Part shown: positions 1-9,382 of the stretch, piece by piece
Layout: every line of letters starts with the position of its first letter
How positions within the stretch are numbered: position 1 is the stretch's first letter
Assembly: GCA_900234795.1 (NCBI GenBank)
Contig: LT962688.1
Location: 5,683,513-5,715,512, forward strand
Source: Methylorubrum extorquens
Lineage (GTDB): Bacteria > Pseudomonadota > Alphaproteobacteria > Rhizobiales > Beijerinckiaceae
Length of the DNA: 32,000 nt
Reading direction: 5' to 3'
Position numbers and translations under genes: made by a program
The notes under the pieces: generated by a model
Database searches by the model: none
Told to the model about the DNA's origin: nothing
Seen by the model: the letters and a program-made list of their open reading frames with translations, nothing else

Positions 1-47
1 GGCCACGTCTCCACTGCGCTTGGCTGTAGAAGCTCCGGCGGGGCGGG

Positions 48-884
48 TCAACCCGGTCGGCGCGGGGTTGTGACACGGCGCTCGTAATGCTTGGCCACGC
101 GCAGATGGCGCGAGATCGCGTAGTTCATGGCCGTGAGGAAGCCGTAGGCGCCGCGCACGAAGTGGCGGCGGCCGAAATAGGCTTTCAGAAAATTGCCCGG
201 CAGCTCGACGTAGAGGCGCCAGGCCGGGATCGTGACGCCGCGGGCGTCGAGGTCGTCGGCTTGCTGGTCGGAATAGCGGTTGAGCTTGGCGAGCTGGTCG
301 CCCAGCGAGCGCACCGAGAAATGGTGGATGCGCCCTTTGATCCGCCCCGTGGTGACGCCGGGGCCGAGCACGACCCGGTCGTGGACCGGTGAGGTCGAGT
401 AGGTGCTCAAGTCGCGCCGGTAGAGCCGCACGGGGGTCAGGACGTAGGCCCAGGGGTTGGGGCGTGTCTCGCCGGGGAAAACCTCGGCGATGGCGATGGA
501 CCATGCGGCGTGCGCCGGCTCGCCCTGAGCGAAGACGGCGCGGATCTGCTCGGCGAGGTCGGGCGGCACCACCTCGTCGGCGTCGAGGTTGAGCACCCAG
601 TCGTGGCGGCACTGCTCTTCCGCGAAGCGCTTCTGCCGGCCGTAGCCCGGCCAGTCGTTGTGGATCACTCGGGCCCCGAGCGAGGCGGCCAGCGCCTGGG
701 TGCCGTCGGTCGAGCCGGAATCGACCACCACGATGTCGTCGGCCAAGGCGCGCACCGCCGCGAGGGTCGCACCGAGGCGGTCGGCCTCGTTTTTGACGAT
801 GATGAAGACGGAGATCGGGAGCGGGGCCATGGGTCTCGAAGCGCGCGGGGCCTTCGCTGTACCGGCGCGATTTGGCGCGAACAA
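48..884 (-). CDS. Family 2 (GT-A fold) glycosyltransferase
   Basis: 278-aa ORF. N-terminus 'ISVFIIVKNEADRLG...VVVDSGSTDGT...NLDADE' is a typical GT2 nucleotide-sugar/DXD signature. Strong third-position GC. Only 6 nt downstream of the ligase gene, so probably co-transcribed. Start uncertain (TTG 884 or ATG 830). Confidence 0.8.
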   Translation of the reverse strand: MFAPNRAGTAKAPRASRPMAPLPISVFIIVKNEADRLGATLAAVRALADDIVVVDSGSTDGTQALAASLGARVIHNDWPGYGRQKRFAEEQCRHDWVLNLDADEVVPPDLAEQIRAVFAQGEPAHAAWSIAIAEVFPGETRPNPWAYVLTPVRLYRRDLSTYSTSPVHDRVVLGPGVTTGRIKGRIHHFSVRSLGDQLAKLNRYSDQQADDLDARGVTIPAWRLYVELPGNFLKAYFGRRHFVRGAYGFLTAMNYAISRHLRVAKHYERRVTTPRRPG

Positions 885-890
885 GCGCGG

Positions 891-2423
891 CTATCCGGCG
901 GCCTCCGCCAGCCGCTTGCGTTGAACCTTGCCGTTGGCGGTGCGGGGCAGCGCCTCGACGAAGCGGACCGCGCGCGGTGCCTTGTAGGCCGCCAGACGTT
1001 CGCCGCACCACGCCATCAGTCCCTCCGCGTCGGGCTCGGCGCCGGGGCGCAGAACCACGAAGGCGGCGATGACCCGGAGGTCCATGCGTACGGAAAGCTC
1101 CGTCACGCCGACCTCGGCGATGTCGGGATGGCCCGCCAGCACGCCTTCCACCTCAACGGGCGAGACGCGGTAGCCCATGGCGTTCATCAGGTCGTCGTTG
1201 CGGCCGTGGAACCAGAGATAGCCGTCCGCATCAAAGCTCACGAGGTCGCCGCCGGCGAACCATTCACCCCGCATCACCGCCGCCTCTTCCTCCGGCCGCT
1301 GCCAATAGCCGAGCATCAGGCCGGGATCGGAGCGGTGGATCGCCAGCAGGCCGGTCTCGCCCGGCGGCAGCGGTTCGGGCGGTCCGTCAGTGGGCAGGAT
1401 CCCGACGCGGCGCCCCGGTTGCGGCCGGCCGGGCGAGCCGGGACGAACGGGGATGGTCGGGCCGCTCGACACATAGGTCGAGATCTCGCTCATGCCGAGC
1501 GCTTCGTAGAGCGGCTTACCCGTGGCCCTCGTCCAGGCGTCGAGAAGGTCGGCCGACAGAGCCTCGCCCGCGGTGACGCCGTGGCGCAGGCAGGAGAGAT
1601 CATGCTCGGAGAGGTCGGCGTATTTCAGGATCTGGCGGTAGACGCTCGGCACCGCTGCGAAGATCGTCGCGCCCTGCTCGGCGATCAGGCGGGGCCAGAT
1701 CCCGCGGTCGCGCGGGCCGTTATAGAGCACCGTCGTGGCGCCGCAGGCCCAGGGGTCGGTGATGCCGACGCCGAGGGTGTAGGTCCAGTTCATGGTGCCG
1801 GCATGCAGCATCACGTCGGATTCGGTGAGGCCGAGCCAGTGCGCGTGCATCGGCCGGCGGCCCCAGATGGCGCGGTGGGCGTGGAGCACGCCTTTCGGAC
1901 GGCTCGTGGTGCCGGAGGTGTAGACGAGGGTGGCCGGACCGTCGGCGGCGGTGTCGGCGTAGTCGGCGAGCGGCTCGCCCGCCTTCATCACCGCGATTGT
2001 TTCGGAGTCGAGGTGGATGCAGCCGGCATCTCCGCTGGAATCCGAAAAGCCTTGACCGGTCACCACGGCGGCGACGCCGGCATTCTCCATCAGGAAGCTG
2101 GCTTCATCGGCCGTCAGTTGCGGCGAGGAGGGGAGGGCGACGAGCCCCGCGGCGAGGGCACCGAAATAGATCAGCACGTAGTCGGCTTCGTTGCCCATGC
2201 GGATCATCACCCGGTCGCCGGCCTTCAGCCCGAGGCCGAGCAGCCCGGCCGCGATGCCGCGCACCGCCCGGTCGGCTTGCGCATAGGTGAGGCGGCTGAC
2301 CGTGCCGCCGTCGCCCACCATGACGAGCGCTGTCTTGTCGCCGCGCAGGCGGGCATTCTCCGCGAGGCAATAGCGGGCCGCGTTGAAGCGGGGCGGCAGC
2401 TGGCGGTCGTCGGTGGTCGGCAC
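891..2423 (-). CDS. AMP-dependent synthetase/ligase (acyl- or aryl-CoA ligase family)
   Basis: 510-aa ORF with the adenylate-forming motif 'LVYTSGTTSRPKGV', 'GEWFAGGDL...DGYLWFHGRNDD' and a C-terminal 'NGKVQRKRL' lysine motif. Substrate cannot be read from the sequence. Confidence 0.85.
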   Translation of the reverse strand: MPTTDDRQLPPRFNAARYCLAENARLRGDKTALVMVGDGGTVSRLTYAQADRAVRGIAAGLLGLGLKAGDRVMIRMGNEADYVLIYFGALAAGLVALPSSPQLTADEASFLMENAGVAAVVTGQGFSDSSGDAGCIHLDSETIAVMKAGEPLADYADTAADGPATLVYTSGTTSRPKGVLHAHRAIWGRRPMHAHWLGLTESDVMLHAGTMNWTYTLGVGITDPWACGATTVLYNGPRDRGIWPRLIAEQGATIFAAVPSVYRQILKYADLSEHDLSCLRHGVTAGEALSADLLDAWTRATGKPLYEALGMSEISTYVSSGPTIPVRPGSPGRPQPGRRVGILPTDGPPEPLPPGETGLLAIHRSDPGLMLGYWQRPEEEAAVMRGEWFAGGDLVSFDADGYLWFHGRNDDLMNAMGYRVSPVEVEGVLAGHPDIAEVGVTELSVRMDLRVIAAFVVLRPGAEPDAEGLMAWCGERLAAYKAPRAVRFVEALPRTANGKVQRKRLAEAAG

Positions 2424-2533
2424 GGCGGGCGTTTCCCGTTATCTCGGCGTTTGCCCCGGTGTCCGATCCTGATCTCGCACGGTCAAGCGGTGCCTCGACC
2501 GTGGAACGCTGCGCGGAGCGCGCCCGCAGCCGG

Positions 2534-3037
2534 CTATACGCGTCGCGGCTGAATTGCGCCGGAGAGGCCGGCGCTCGCCCCGTCCCTGAGTTCAAGCCAG
2601 AGGAAGCGCGCGGGATCGACCGGGCCCGGCAGGGTCAGCCGGCCCGCGGGCACGGGCACAAAGCCGAAGCGGCGGTAATAGGGCGCGTCGCCGACGAGGA
2701 CGACGAGGCCGTGCCCGGCGGCGCGGGCGGCATCAAGGCTAGCCTGCATCAGGCTGGTGCCGATGCCGCGATCGGAAAAGCTCGGATCGACGGTGAGCGG
2801 CCCGAGCACGAGGAGCGATCCGCCCTGCGCCTCGGCCGGGCCGATCCGCACCGAGCCGACGAGATAGGTGCCGACCAGCGCCGTCAGGCAGAGATCGGGC
2901 AGGGGCGCGACGCCCTCGCGCAGGCGGTAGGCGGTGCGGGCGAAGCGGCCGGGGCCGAAGGCGCGGGCGTGCAGCCGCTCGATCGCCGCGGCGTCGTCCG
3001 GATGCTCGGGTCGGATGACGAGGGGGAGGGCGGTCAC
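2534..3037 (-). CDS. GNAT-family N-acetyltransferase (YhbS-like)
   Basis: 167-aa ORF. 'LGPLTVDPSFSDRGIGTSLM' matches the GNAT acetyl-CoA-binding motif A. 'YYRRFGF' tail is typical of small GNATs. Confidence 0.8.
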   Translation of the reverse strand: MTALPLVIRPEHPDDAAAIERLHARAFGPGRFARTAYRLREGVAPLPDLCLTALVGTYLVGSVRIGPAEAQGGSLLVLGPLTVDPSFSDRGIGTSLMQASLDAARAAGHGLVVLVGDAPYYRRFGFVPVPAGRLTLPGPVDPARFLWLELRDGASAGLSGAIQPRRV

Positions 3038-3105
3038 GGGCGGCGTCCGGCGGCGAATGCGCGCCGATAGCAGCCGGCTGCGCAGTCGGCAAACAGAGGC
3101 GCGCG

Positions 3106-4203
3106 TCAGGCGCCGCGCGCCGAGAAATCGATGCGTGGATCAATCCATGTGTAGGTGAGGTCGGAGAGGAGATTCACGGCCAGACCAAGCAGGGAGAAGA
3201 TGTAGAGCGTGGCGAACACCACCGGATAGTCGCGGCCGACGATGGAGCTGAACGACAGAAGCCCGAACCCGTCGAGCGAGAAGATCGTTTCGATCAGCAG
3301 CGAGCCGGTGAAGAAGGCCGTGATGAAGGCGCCGGGAAAGCCGGCGATCACGATCAGCATCGCATTGCGGAAGACGTGGCCGTAGAGGACGCGCCGCTCG
3401 CTCACGCCCTTCATGCGGGCGGTGACCACGTATTGCTTGCGGATCTCGTCGAGGAACGAGTTCTTGGTCAGCAGCGTCGAGGTGGCGAAGGCGCCGAGCA
3501 CCAGGGCGGAGAGCGGCAGCACGAGGTGCCACGCATAGTCCAGGGCTTTGCCCCAGAGGCTCAGGGACTCGAAATTCTCGGAAGTGAGGCCGCGCAGCGG
3601 GAAGATCTGGAGGAAGGAGCCGCCCGCGAACAGGATCACGAGGAGGATGCCGAATAGGAAGCTCGGGATCGCGTAGCCTACGATGACGACTGCCGAGGTC
3701 CAGACGTCGAAGCGCGAGCCGTCGGCCACCGCCTTGCGGATGCCGAGGGGGATCGAGATCGCGTAGGAGATCAGCGTCATCCACAGGCCGAGCGAGATCG
3801 AGACCGGGAGCTTCTCCTTGATCAGATCCAGCACCGAAACGTCGCGAAAATAGCTGCGGCCGAAATCGAAGCGGAGGTAGTCCCACAGCATCTTGCCGAA
3901 GCGCTCATAGGCGGGCTTGTCGAAGCCGAACTGGGCTTCGAGCTTCTTGATGAAGGCGGGGTCGAGCCCCTGCGCGCCGCGGTACTTCGAAGCCTCACCG
4001 CCGCCGCGGGCCGCCCCGCCGCCGAGATCGCCCTGGCCGCCGGTGATACGCGAGAGAGAGCCTTCCTGCTGGCCCTGGAGCTGGGCCAGAACCCGCTCCA
4101 CCGGGCCGCCGGGGGCGAACTGAATGATGGCGAAGGTGATGAGCATGATCCCGAAGATCGTCGGGATCATCAGCGCGATGCGGCGCAGGATGTAGGCGAG
4201 CAT
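3106..4203 (-). CDS. yejB: Yej-type (microcin C / peptide) ABC transporter permease
   Basis: 365-aa ORF that is collinear, from memory, with E. coli YejB: 'FAPGGPVE', Gly-rich insert, 'YRGAQGLDP', 'FGFDKP', '[11 protein letters not shown]', '[11 protein letters not shown]', 'TWIDPRIDF'. Multiple transmembrane segments. Confidence 0.9.
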   Translation of the reverse strand: MLAYILRRIALMIPTIFGIMLITFAIIQFAPGGPVERVLAQLQGQQEGSLSRITGGQGDLGGGAARGGGEASKYRGAQGLDPAFIKKLEAQFGFDKPAYERFGKMLWDYLRFDFGRSYFRDVSVLDLIKEKLPVSISLGLWMTLISYAISIPLGIRKAVADGSRFDVWTSAVVIVGYAIPSFLFGILLVILFAGGSFLQIFPLRGLTSENFESLSLWGKALDYAWHLVLPLSALVLGAFATSTLLTKNSFLDEIRKQYVVTARMKGVSERRVLYGHVFRNAMLIVIAGFPGAFITAFFTGSLLIETIFSLDGFGLLSFSSIVGRDYPVVFATLYIFSLLGLAVNLLSDLTYTWIDPRIDFSARGA

Positions 4204-4212
4204 GGAAGATCC

Positions 4213-6075
4213 TCAGCCCCGGCCGATCCGGCGCGCCGTGGCCTCGTCGTACCACCACAGGCCCGGCACGCCGAGCCCGTAGGTCGGCAGCTTCGCCGGG
4301 CGGCCATACATGTCCCACAGGGCGAGGCGGTACTCAGGCGAGTACCACATCGGGATCCAGTAGCGGCCGGCCCGCATCACCCGGTCGAGGGCGCGGCAGG
4401 CCACGGTGAGGCTCGCGCGCGAATCCGCGTTGGCGACGCGGTCGAGCAGCGCGTCGATCACCGGATCCGTGATGCCGGCGAGGTTGTTGGAGCCGGGGAT
4501 CGCCGCCGCGCGCGAGCCATAAGCCTCACGCAGCTCCGGCCCCGGCGTCGCGTCGCCCGAGGCCGCGCGGGAGGTGATGTCGAAGTCGAAGTCGCGCACC
4601 CGTGCCTGATACTGTGCGGCATCGACCGCCCGCTGGCGCGCCTTGATGCCGATCAGCCCGAGATTGCGGATGAAGGGCTGGACGATCGGCTCCCAGACGG
4701 AATCCGAATCGAGGAATTCGAACTCGATCGGCTTGCCGTTCGGCAGCCGCAAGGCGCCACCCTCGCGGGTGCAGCCCGCCTCCTTGAGCAGAGCCACCGC
4801 GCGGGCGAGCAGCGCCCGGTCCTGGCCCGAACCGTCCGGAACCGGCGGCGTCCAGGCCTCGCCAAAGACCTCGGCCGGCACCTGCCCGCTGAAGGGTTCG
4901 AGCAGGGCCAGCTCCTCCGCGGAGGGCTTGCCCGTCGCCATCAGGTCGGTCTTCTGGAAGAACGAGACGGTGCGCTCGTAGGAGCCGAACATCGCCGTGC
5001 GGTTGGTCCAGGGGAAGTCAAAGCACAGGCCGATCGCCTCGCGCACGCGCGGATCCTTGAACACCTCGCGGCGGGTGTTGAAGAACCAGCCCTGGATGGC
5101 GGCGGGCGAGGTATCGGGCAGGGTCTCGCGCTTGACGCGGCCCTCGCGTGCGGCGGGAAAATCGTAGCCCGTCGCCCAGATCCGCGAGGTGAATTCCTGG
5201 CGGTAGGTGTAGGCGCCGCCCTTGAACGCTTCGAAGGCGACCTGCCGGTCGCGAAAATACTCGTAGCGGAGCTGGTCGAAGTTGTTCTGCCCGACCATCA
5301 CCGGAAGATCCGCGGCCCAGTAATCGGTCACGCGCTCCAGTTCGATGAAGCGGCCGATATCGATCCGTCCGACCTGATAGGGGCCGGAGCCGAGCAGCGG
5401 CTTGAGAGTCTGGGCCTCGAAGTCGCGGCCCTCGAAGAACTTGGCCGAGAAGATCGGCAGTCCGGCGACGATCAGCGGCAGGTCGCGGCTGCGGCCGGGG
5501 GCGAAGCGGACGACCAGGGTCTCGTCGCCCTCCGCCGTCGCCTTGGCGACGTCGCGGATCACCTGCGCGATCGTCGGGTGCCCCTTCTCCTTGAGGATGG
5601 TGAGGGAGAAGGCCGCGTCCCGCGCGGTCAGGGGCGAGCCGTCGTGGAAATGCGCTTGGGGACGCAGGGCGAAGCGATAGGTCAGGCCGTCGGGGCTAAT
5701 CTCGACCGAGCGGGCGACGAGGCCGTAGAGCGCGTCCGGCTCGTCGAGGGCGCGCACCATCAGGCTGTCGAAGGTGAGATTGATCCCGGCCGCGCCGTTG
5801 CCGCGGAAGACGTAGGGATTGAGCGTGTCGAAGGTGTCGAACGCCTGATTCCCGAAGGTCTGGACCAGAGTTGTGGAGAAGCGCCCGCCGCGCGGCGCCA
5901 TCGGGTTCACGTAGTCGAAATTCGGGAAGTCGGGCGCGTATTTCAGCTCGCCGAAACTTGAAAGGCCGTGAGCCTTGCGGACATCCTCGGCGCGGGCCGA
6001 GCGGGGCAGGGCGCCCGCGAGCGCCAGCACCCCCGTGCCGAGGACGACGCTTCGGCGGGTCGCGCCCGCGCTCAT
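4213..6075 (-). CDS. Family-5 extracellular solute-binding protein (YejA-like), second of a tandem pair
   Basis: The ORF track gives 666 aa, but I place the start at ATG 6075 ('MSAGATRRSVVLGTGVLALAGALPRSARA', a twin-arginine-like signal peptide). That start overlaps the upstream stop as ATGA (6072-6075). The body is paralogous to the upstream SBP (shared 'GSGPY', 'YW', 'FDFD' blocks). Confidence 0.85.
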   Translation of the reverse strand: MSAGATRRSVVLGTGVLALAGALPRSARAEDVRKAHGLSSFGELKYAPDFPNFDYVNPMAPRGGRFSTTLVQTFGNQAFDTFDTLNPYVFRGNGAAGINLTFDSLMVRALDEPDALYGLVARSVEISPDGLTYRFALRPQAHFHDGSPLTARDAAFSLTILKEKGHPTIAQVIRDVAKATAEGDETLVVRFAPGRSRDLPLIVAGLPIFSAKFFEGRDFEAQTLKPLLGSGPYQVGRIDIGRFIELERVTDYWAADLPVMVGQNNFDQLRYEYFRDRQVAFEAFKGGAYTYRQEFTSRIWATGYDFPAAREGRVKRETLPDTSPAAIQGWFFNTRREVFKDPRVREAIGLCFDFPWTNRTAMFGSYERTVSFFQKTDLMATGKPSAEELALLEPFSGQVPAEVFGEAWTPPVPDGSGQDRALLARAVALLKEAGCTREGGALRLPNGKPIEFEFLDSDSVWEPIVQPFIRNLGLIGIKARQRAVDAAQYQARVRDFDFDITSRAASGDATPGPELREAYGSRAAAIPGSNNLAGITDPVIDALLDRVANADSRASLTVACRALDRVMRAGRYWIPMWYSPEYRLALWDMYGRPAKLPTYGLGVPGLWWYDEATARRIGRG

Positions 6076-7985
6076 CGCGGGGCCCCCGTCTTGGCGGCGA
6101 GCGCCTCGTCGTACCACCACGTCGTCGGGAAGCCGGAAGAGCCGTATTTCGGCAGCACCACAGGGCGGCCGAAGCGGTTCCAACGCAGCGTCCGCGTCGC
6201 GGCCGAGGACCATTGCGGCACCACGAAGTTGTGGGCAAGGAGCGCGCGGTCGAGGGCGTGCGTGGCGGCGACCAGCGTCTCGCGGTCCTGCGCGAAGATC
6301 ACCTTCTCGATCAGCGCGTCGATTCCTGCATCCTTGATCCCGGCGATGTTGCGCGAGCCCGGCTTGTCGGCGGCGGCCGAGCCCCAGAATTCGCGCTGCT
6401 CGTTGCCGGGCGAGAGCGATTCCGGCCAGTTCGAGGTGGTGATGTCGAAGTCGAAGCTGCGCAGGCGATTCTGGTACTGCGCCTGATCGATCACCCGGAT
6501 CGAGGACTCGATGCCGATGAGCTTGAGCTGCGCGGCGTAGGGCAGGATCACCCGCTCGAACACGTTCTGAAATTCGAGGAACTCGACGGTCAGCGGCTCG
6601 CCGGTCGCCTTGGCGACCATCTTGCCGCCCTTCAGCTCGTAGCCGGCCTCGCGCAGCAGGCCGACCGCCTTGCGCAGGTTGGCCCGCGCAGCCTCGGGCG
6701 TGTCGTTGACGGGGTTGGTGTAAGTCTCGGTGAAGACGCTGCCCGGCAGCTTGTCCTTCACGCTCTCCAGGATCACCTTCTCCATCCCGTCGGGCAGGCC
6801 CGATGAGGCGAGGTCCGAGCCGTAGAAATAGGAATCGATCCGGCTGTACAGGCCGTAGAAGAGCTGCCGGTTCATCTCCTCGAAGTTCAGAGCGAGGTTG
6901 AAGGCGCGGCGCACGCGCTCGTCCTTGAACTTGTCCCGGCGCAGGTTGAACACGAAGGCCTGCATGATGCCAGTGCCGCGGCCGGGGAATTCCTCCTTGA
7001 TGAGGCGCCCTTCCTTTACCGCCGGGAAGTCGTCGTAGGCGGTCGCCCAGTTGCGGGCGATGTTCTCAGTGCGGAAGTCGTAGAGGTCGCCCTTCAGCGC
7101 CTCCAGCAGCACGGAGCCATCGCGGAAATACTCGAAGCGGACCGTGCCGAAATTGTTGCGGCCGCGGTTCACCGGTAGATCCTTGCCCCAGTAATCGGCC
7201 ACGCGCTCGTAGACGGCCGAGCGGCCGGCATCGACTTTGGTCAAACGATACGGGCCGGAGCCGAGCGGGATCTCAAGGGTCGTCTCGGTGGCGCTGCGCG
7301 GCTTGCCGTTCTTGTCGGTGCCGGTCCACCAGTGCTTGGGCAGCACCTGCATCTGGCCCAGCACCTGCGGCAGTTCGCGGTTGCCGGCCTCGCTGAAGCG
7401 GAAGACGACCTCGCGCTCGGCCCCCGGCTCGGCCTTGGCCACGGTGTGGTAGTAGGCAGCATAGAACGGGTTGTTGGCCTTCAGCGTGTCGAAGGACCAG
7501 ATCACGTCCTCGACGGTGACCGGCTTGCCGTCGTGCCAGCGCGCGTTCGGGCGCAGGCGATAGGTCACCGACTGGCCGTCCTCGGCGATCCGCACGGCCT
7601 CGGCGAGGAGGCCGTAGGAGGAGAACGGCTCGTCGCCGGAATCCTCCATCAGCGTGTCGTAGATCTGGGTGATCCCGCCTTCGAGATCGCCCTTCAGGCC
7701 GTTGACGATAAAGTTGAGGTTGTCGAAGCCGCCCTGCGACCCGAGCCGCACCAGGCCGCCGACCGGCGCCTTCGGGTCGGCATAGTCGAAATGCTGGAAG
7801 TCCGGGCCGTATTTCGGCTCGCCGAGCAGGGTCAGCGCATGGCGCCAATTGCCGGGTGCCTCCTGCGCCGAGACCTTCGAGGCGGATTCGGCGGGCTCCT
7901 GAGCGGAGACGGGGCCTCGCAGTCCCAGGAGGACGAGTGCTCCGGCAAGGAAGCTGCGGCGGGCAATTACGGCGTTTTCCGTCAC
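6072..7985 (-). CDS. Family-5 extracellular solute-binding protein (YejA-like), first of a tandem pair
   Basis: 637-aa ORF with a GTG start. Signal peptide 'RRSFLAGALVLLGLRGPVSA'. Conserved SBP_bac_5-type blocks ('WHDGKPVT', 'GSGPY', 'DYW', 'FDFDIT'). Confidence 0.85.
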   Translation of the reverse strand: MTENAVIARRSFLAGALVLLGLRGPVSAQEPAESASKVSAQEAPGNWRHALTLLGEPKYGPDFQHFDYADPKAPVGGLVRLGSQGGFDNLNFIVNGLKGDLEGGITQIYDTLMEDSGDEPFSSYGLLAEAVRIAEDGQSVTYRLRPNARWHDGKPVTVEDVIWSFDTLKANNPFYAAYYHTVAKAEPGAEREVVFRFSEAGNRELPQVLGQMQVLPKHWWTGTDKNGKPRSATETTLEIPLGSGPYRLTKVDAGRSAVYERVADYWGKDLPVNRGRNNFGTVRFEYFRDGSVLLEALKGDLYDFRTENIARNWATAYDDFPAVKEGRLIKEEFPGRGTGIMQAFVFNLRRDKFKDERVRRAFNLALNFEEMNRQLFYGLYSRIDSYFYGSDLASSGLPDGMEKVILESVKDKLPGSVFTETYTNPVNDTPEAARANLRKAVGLLREAGYELKGGKMVAKATGEPLTVEFLEFQNVFERVILPYAAQLKLIGIESSIRVIDQAQYQNRLRSFDFDITTSNWPESLSPGNEQREFWGSAAADKPGSRNIAGIKDAGIDALIEKVIFAQDRETLVAATHALDRALLAHNFVVPQWSSAATRTLRWNRFGRPVVLPKYGSSGFPTTWWYDEALAAKTGAPR

Positions 7986-8101
7986 GTTGGCGCGGTCTCC
8001 CGATCCCGTGAGAGGTCAGTCGGGCGTCGTTCTAGGACGAGCCCGGAGTTGGCGCCACCCGCCGCGAGCGCGCAGCCGGCGCAGCCACGTGCCCGGACAT
8101 G

Positions 8102-8130
8102 AAAAAGGCCGGGCTTCAGGGGCCCGGCCT
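8102..8130 (-). terminator. Rho-independent terminator downstream of the cytochrome c gene
   Basis: Stem GGCCGGGC (8107-8114) pairs with GCCCGGCC (8122-8129). On the minus strand a TTTTT tract follows (complement of AAAAA 8102-8106). Lies 28 nt after the stop at 8158. Confidence 0.75.
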
Positions 8131-8157
8131 TCTCGGAAACTCGTACGCCGGTCCGCC

Positions 8158-9075
8158 TTACGGCTTGGGCGCGTCGGGGTCGGGCTTGGCCGGCGGCTCG
8201 GTGGCCGGCGTGGACTCGGAGCCCGGATCCGCCTTGGTCGGGATGTCCCCCGAGGGCTTGGCCTCGGGCGCCTGCGTCGGGGCGACCTCGTTGCGCTGGG
8301 GCTGGACCTGCGGCGCTGGGACCGGGCGGGCGGTGTCCTTGCCGTCACCCGACTGTGTGTTGCCCTGCGGCGCGTTGGTCTCGGGCGTCTTGCCCTTGTC
8401 GCCCGTCGCGCTCTCCACCGGCTTGGTCCCGGCCGGCTTCTTCTCCTCGGCGGCCTTCTTGGCGTCGGGCTTGCCCTCGGCAGGCTTCTCGGCCTCGGCC
8501 TTCTTGTCGCCCGCCGGCGCCGTTTCAGCCTTCTTCTCGGCGGCCGGAAGCGGCTTCGGGCTGTCGGCGAGCGTGCGCAGATAGGCGATGACGTTGGCGC
8601 GGTCCGTCGGCGAGCCGATACCGGCAAACGCCATCTTCGTGCCCTTCACGTAGCCCTTCGGGCTTTCGAGAAAGTGGTCGAGATCCTCGTAGGTCCAGGT
8701 GCCGCCCTTCTCCTTGAGCGCGGCGGAGTAATCGAAGCCGGCGGCATGCGCCTTCTCGCGCTCCACGATCTCCCAGAGATCGGGGCCGACCTTGTTGGGG
8801 CCGCCCTTCTCGAAGCTGTGGCAGGCCTGGCAGGCCTTGGTGCCGCCCTTGCCCTTCTCGGCATCGGCGCTGGCGAGCCGCACGGCGATGGGCTCGGCCT
8901 TCGGGGCTTCCGCCGCCGCGCCGCCGCTCTTCGCCTCCGGCTCGGGCAGGCGATAGCCGGCGTTTCCGGCGGGCTTGGGGTGATAGATCAGCTCCGCCAC
9001 GAAGCCCGACCCAACCGCGAACAGGAGGGCACCCAGGACCGCGCCCGCAACCTTGTTCAGCTCGAAGGAATCCAT
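8158..9075 (-). CDS. Membrane-anchored class I cytochrome c (CycM-like) with a long low-complexity C-terminal tail
   Basis: 305-aa ORF. N-terminal transmembrane anchor 'VAGAVLGALLFAVGSGFVAELI', heme motif 'CQACH', distal Met in 'GTKMAFAG'. The last roughly 130 residues are Pro/Ala/Lys/Glu-rich. Confidence 0.85.
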   Translation of the reverse strand: MDSFELNKVAGAVLGALLFAVGSGFVAELIYHPKPAGNAGYRLPEPEAKSGGAAAEAPKAEPIAVRLASADAEKGKGGTKACQACHSFEKGGPNKVGPDLWEIVEREKAHAAGFDYSAALKEKGGTWTYEDLDHFLESPKGYVKGTKMAFAGIGSPTDRANVIAYLRTLADSPKPLPAAEKKAETAPAGDKKAEAEKPAEGKPDAKKAAEEKKPAGTKPVESATGDKGKTPETNAPQGNTQSGDGKDTARPVPAPQVQPQRNEVAPTQAPEAKPSGDIPTKADPGSESTPATEPPAKPDPDAPKP

Positions 9076-9382
9076 GCTCGACAGCTCCGGCGCGCGGGAT
9101 CAGGACCCGGCGGATGAGGGCCCGACGGGCAGACGCCGGACTTTGGAGGATTTCAAGGGTGATTACCCGGTCGGGCCCGATCTTGACAATGGGCCATGCG
9201 CGCTGCGCGCTGTCGCACACCGTTATTCGTCATACGCTTCGAGCGAGCGGGCATTTTCGTTGCAGCTCTGCCGCACTGTGAGGGCGGAACGCCCGATCAT
9301 GACAAGCCGCACCGTCGCTGCTAGAGCGCTCCCGCGTGCCTAAAACCCCTTCCGCTTGAGTTCGTCCGACCCGCCCGAGGCC

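Noticed and set aside
510-2552. Very long alternative-frame or antisense ORFs: 510-2552, 7987-9117, 11688-13730, 11960-14575, 15960-17243, 16009-17262, 19290-20681, 19301-21235 and 23518-25122.
   Set aside because: Each overlaps a gene with clear family motifs on the other frame or strand. Their translations are Arg/Ala/Gly/Pro-rich with no motifs. Stop codons are rare in roughly 70% GC DNA, so such ORFs are expected by chance.
6076-6213. 46-codon N-terminal extension of the second binding-protein ORF.
   Set aside because: The internal ATG at 6075 yields a proper twin-arginine-like signal peptide and an ATGA overlap with the upstream gene. The extension would overlap the upstream coding sequence.
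9176-9215. CTTGACA hexamer in the cytochrome c / kdsB divergent region as a -35 element.
   Set aside because: No acceptable -10 hexamer at 16-19 nt spacing in either orientation.
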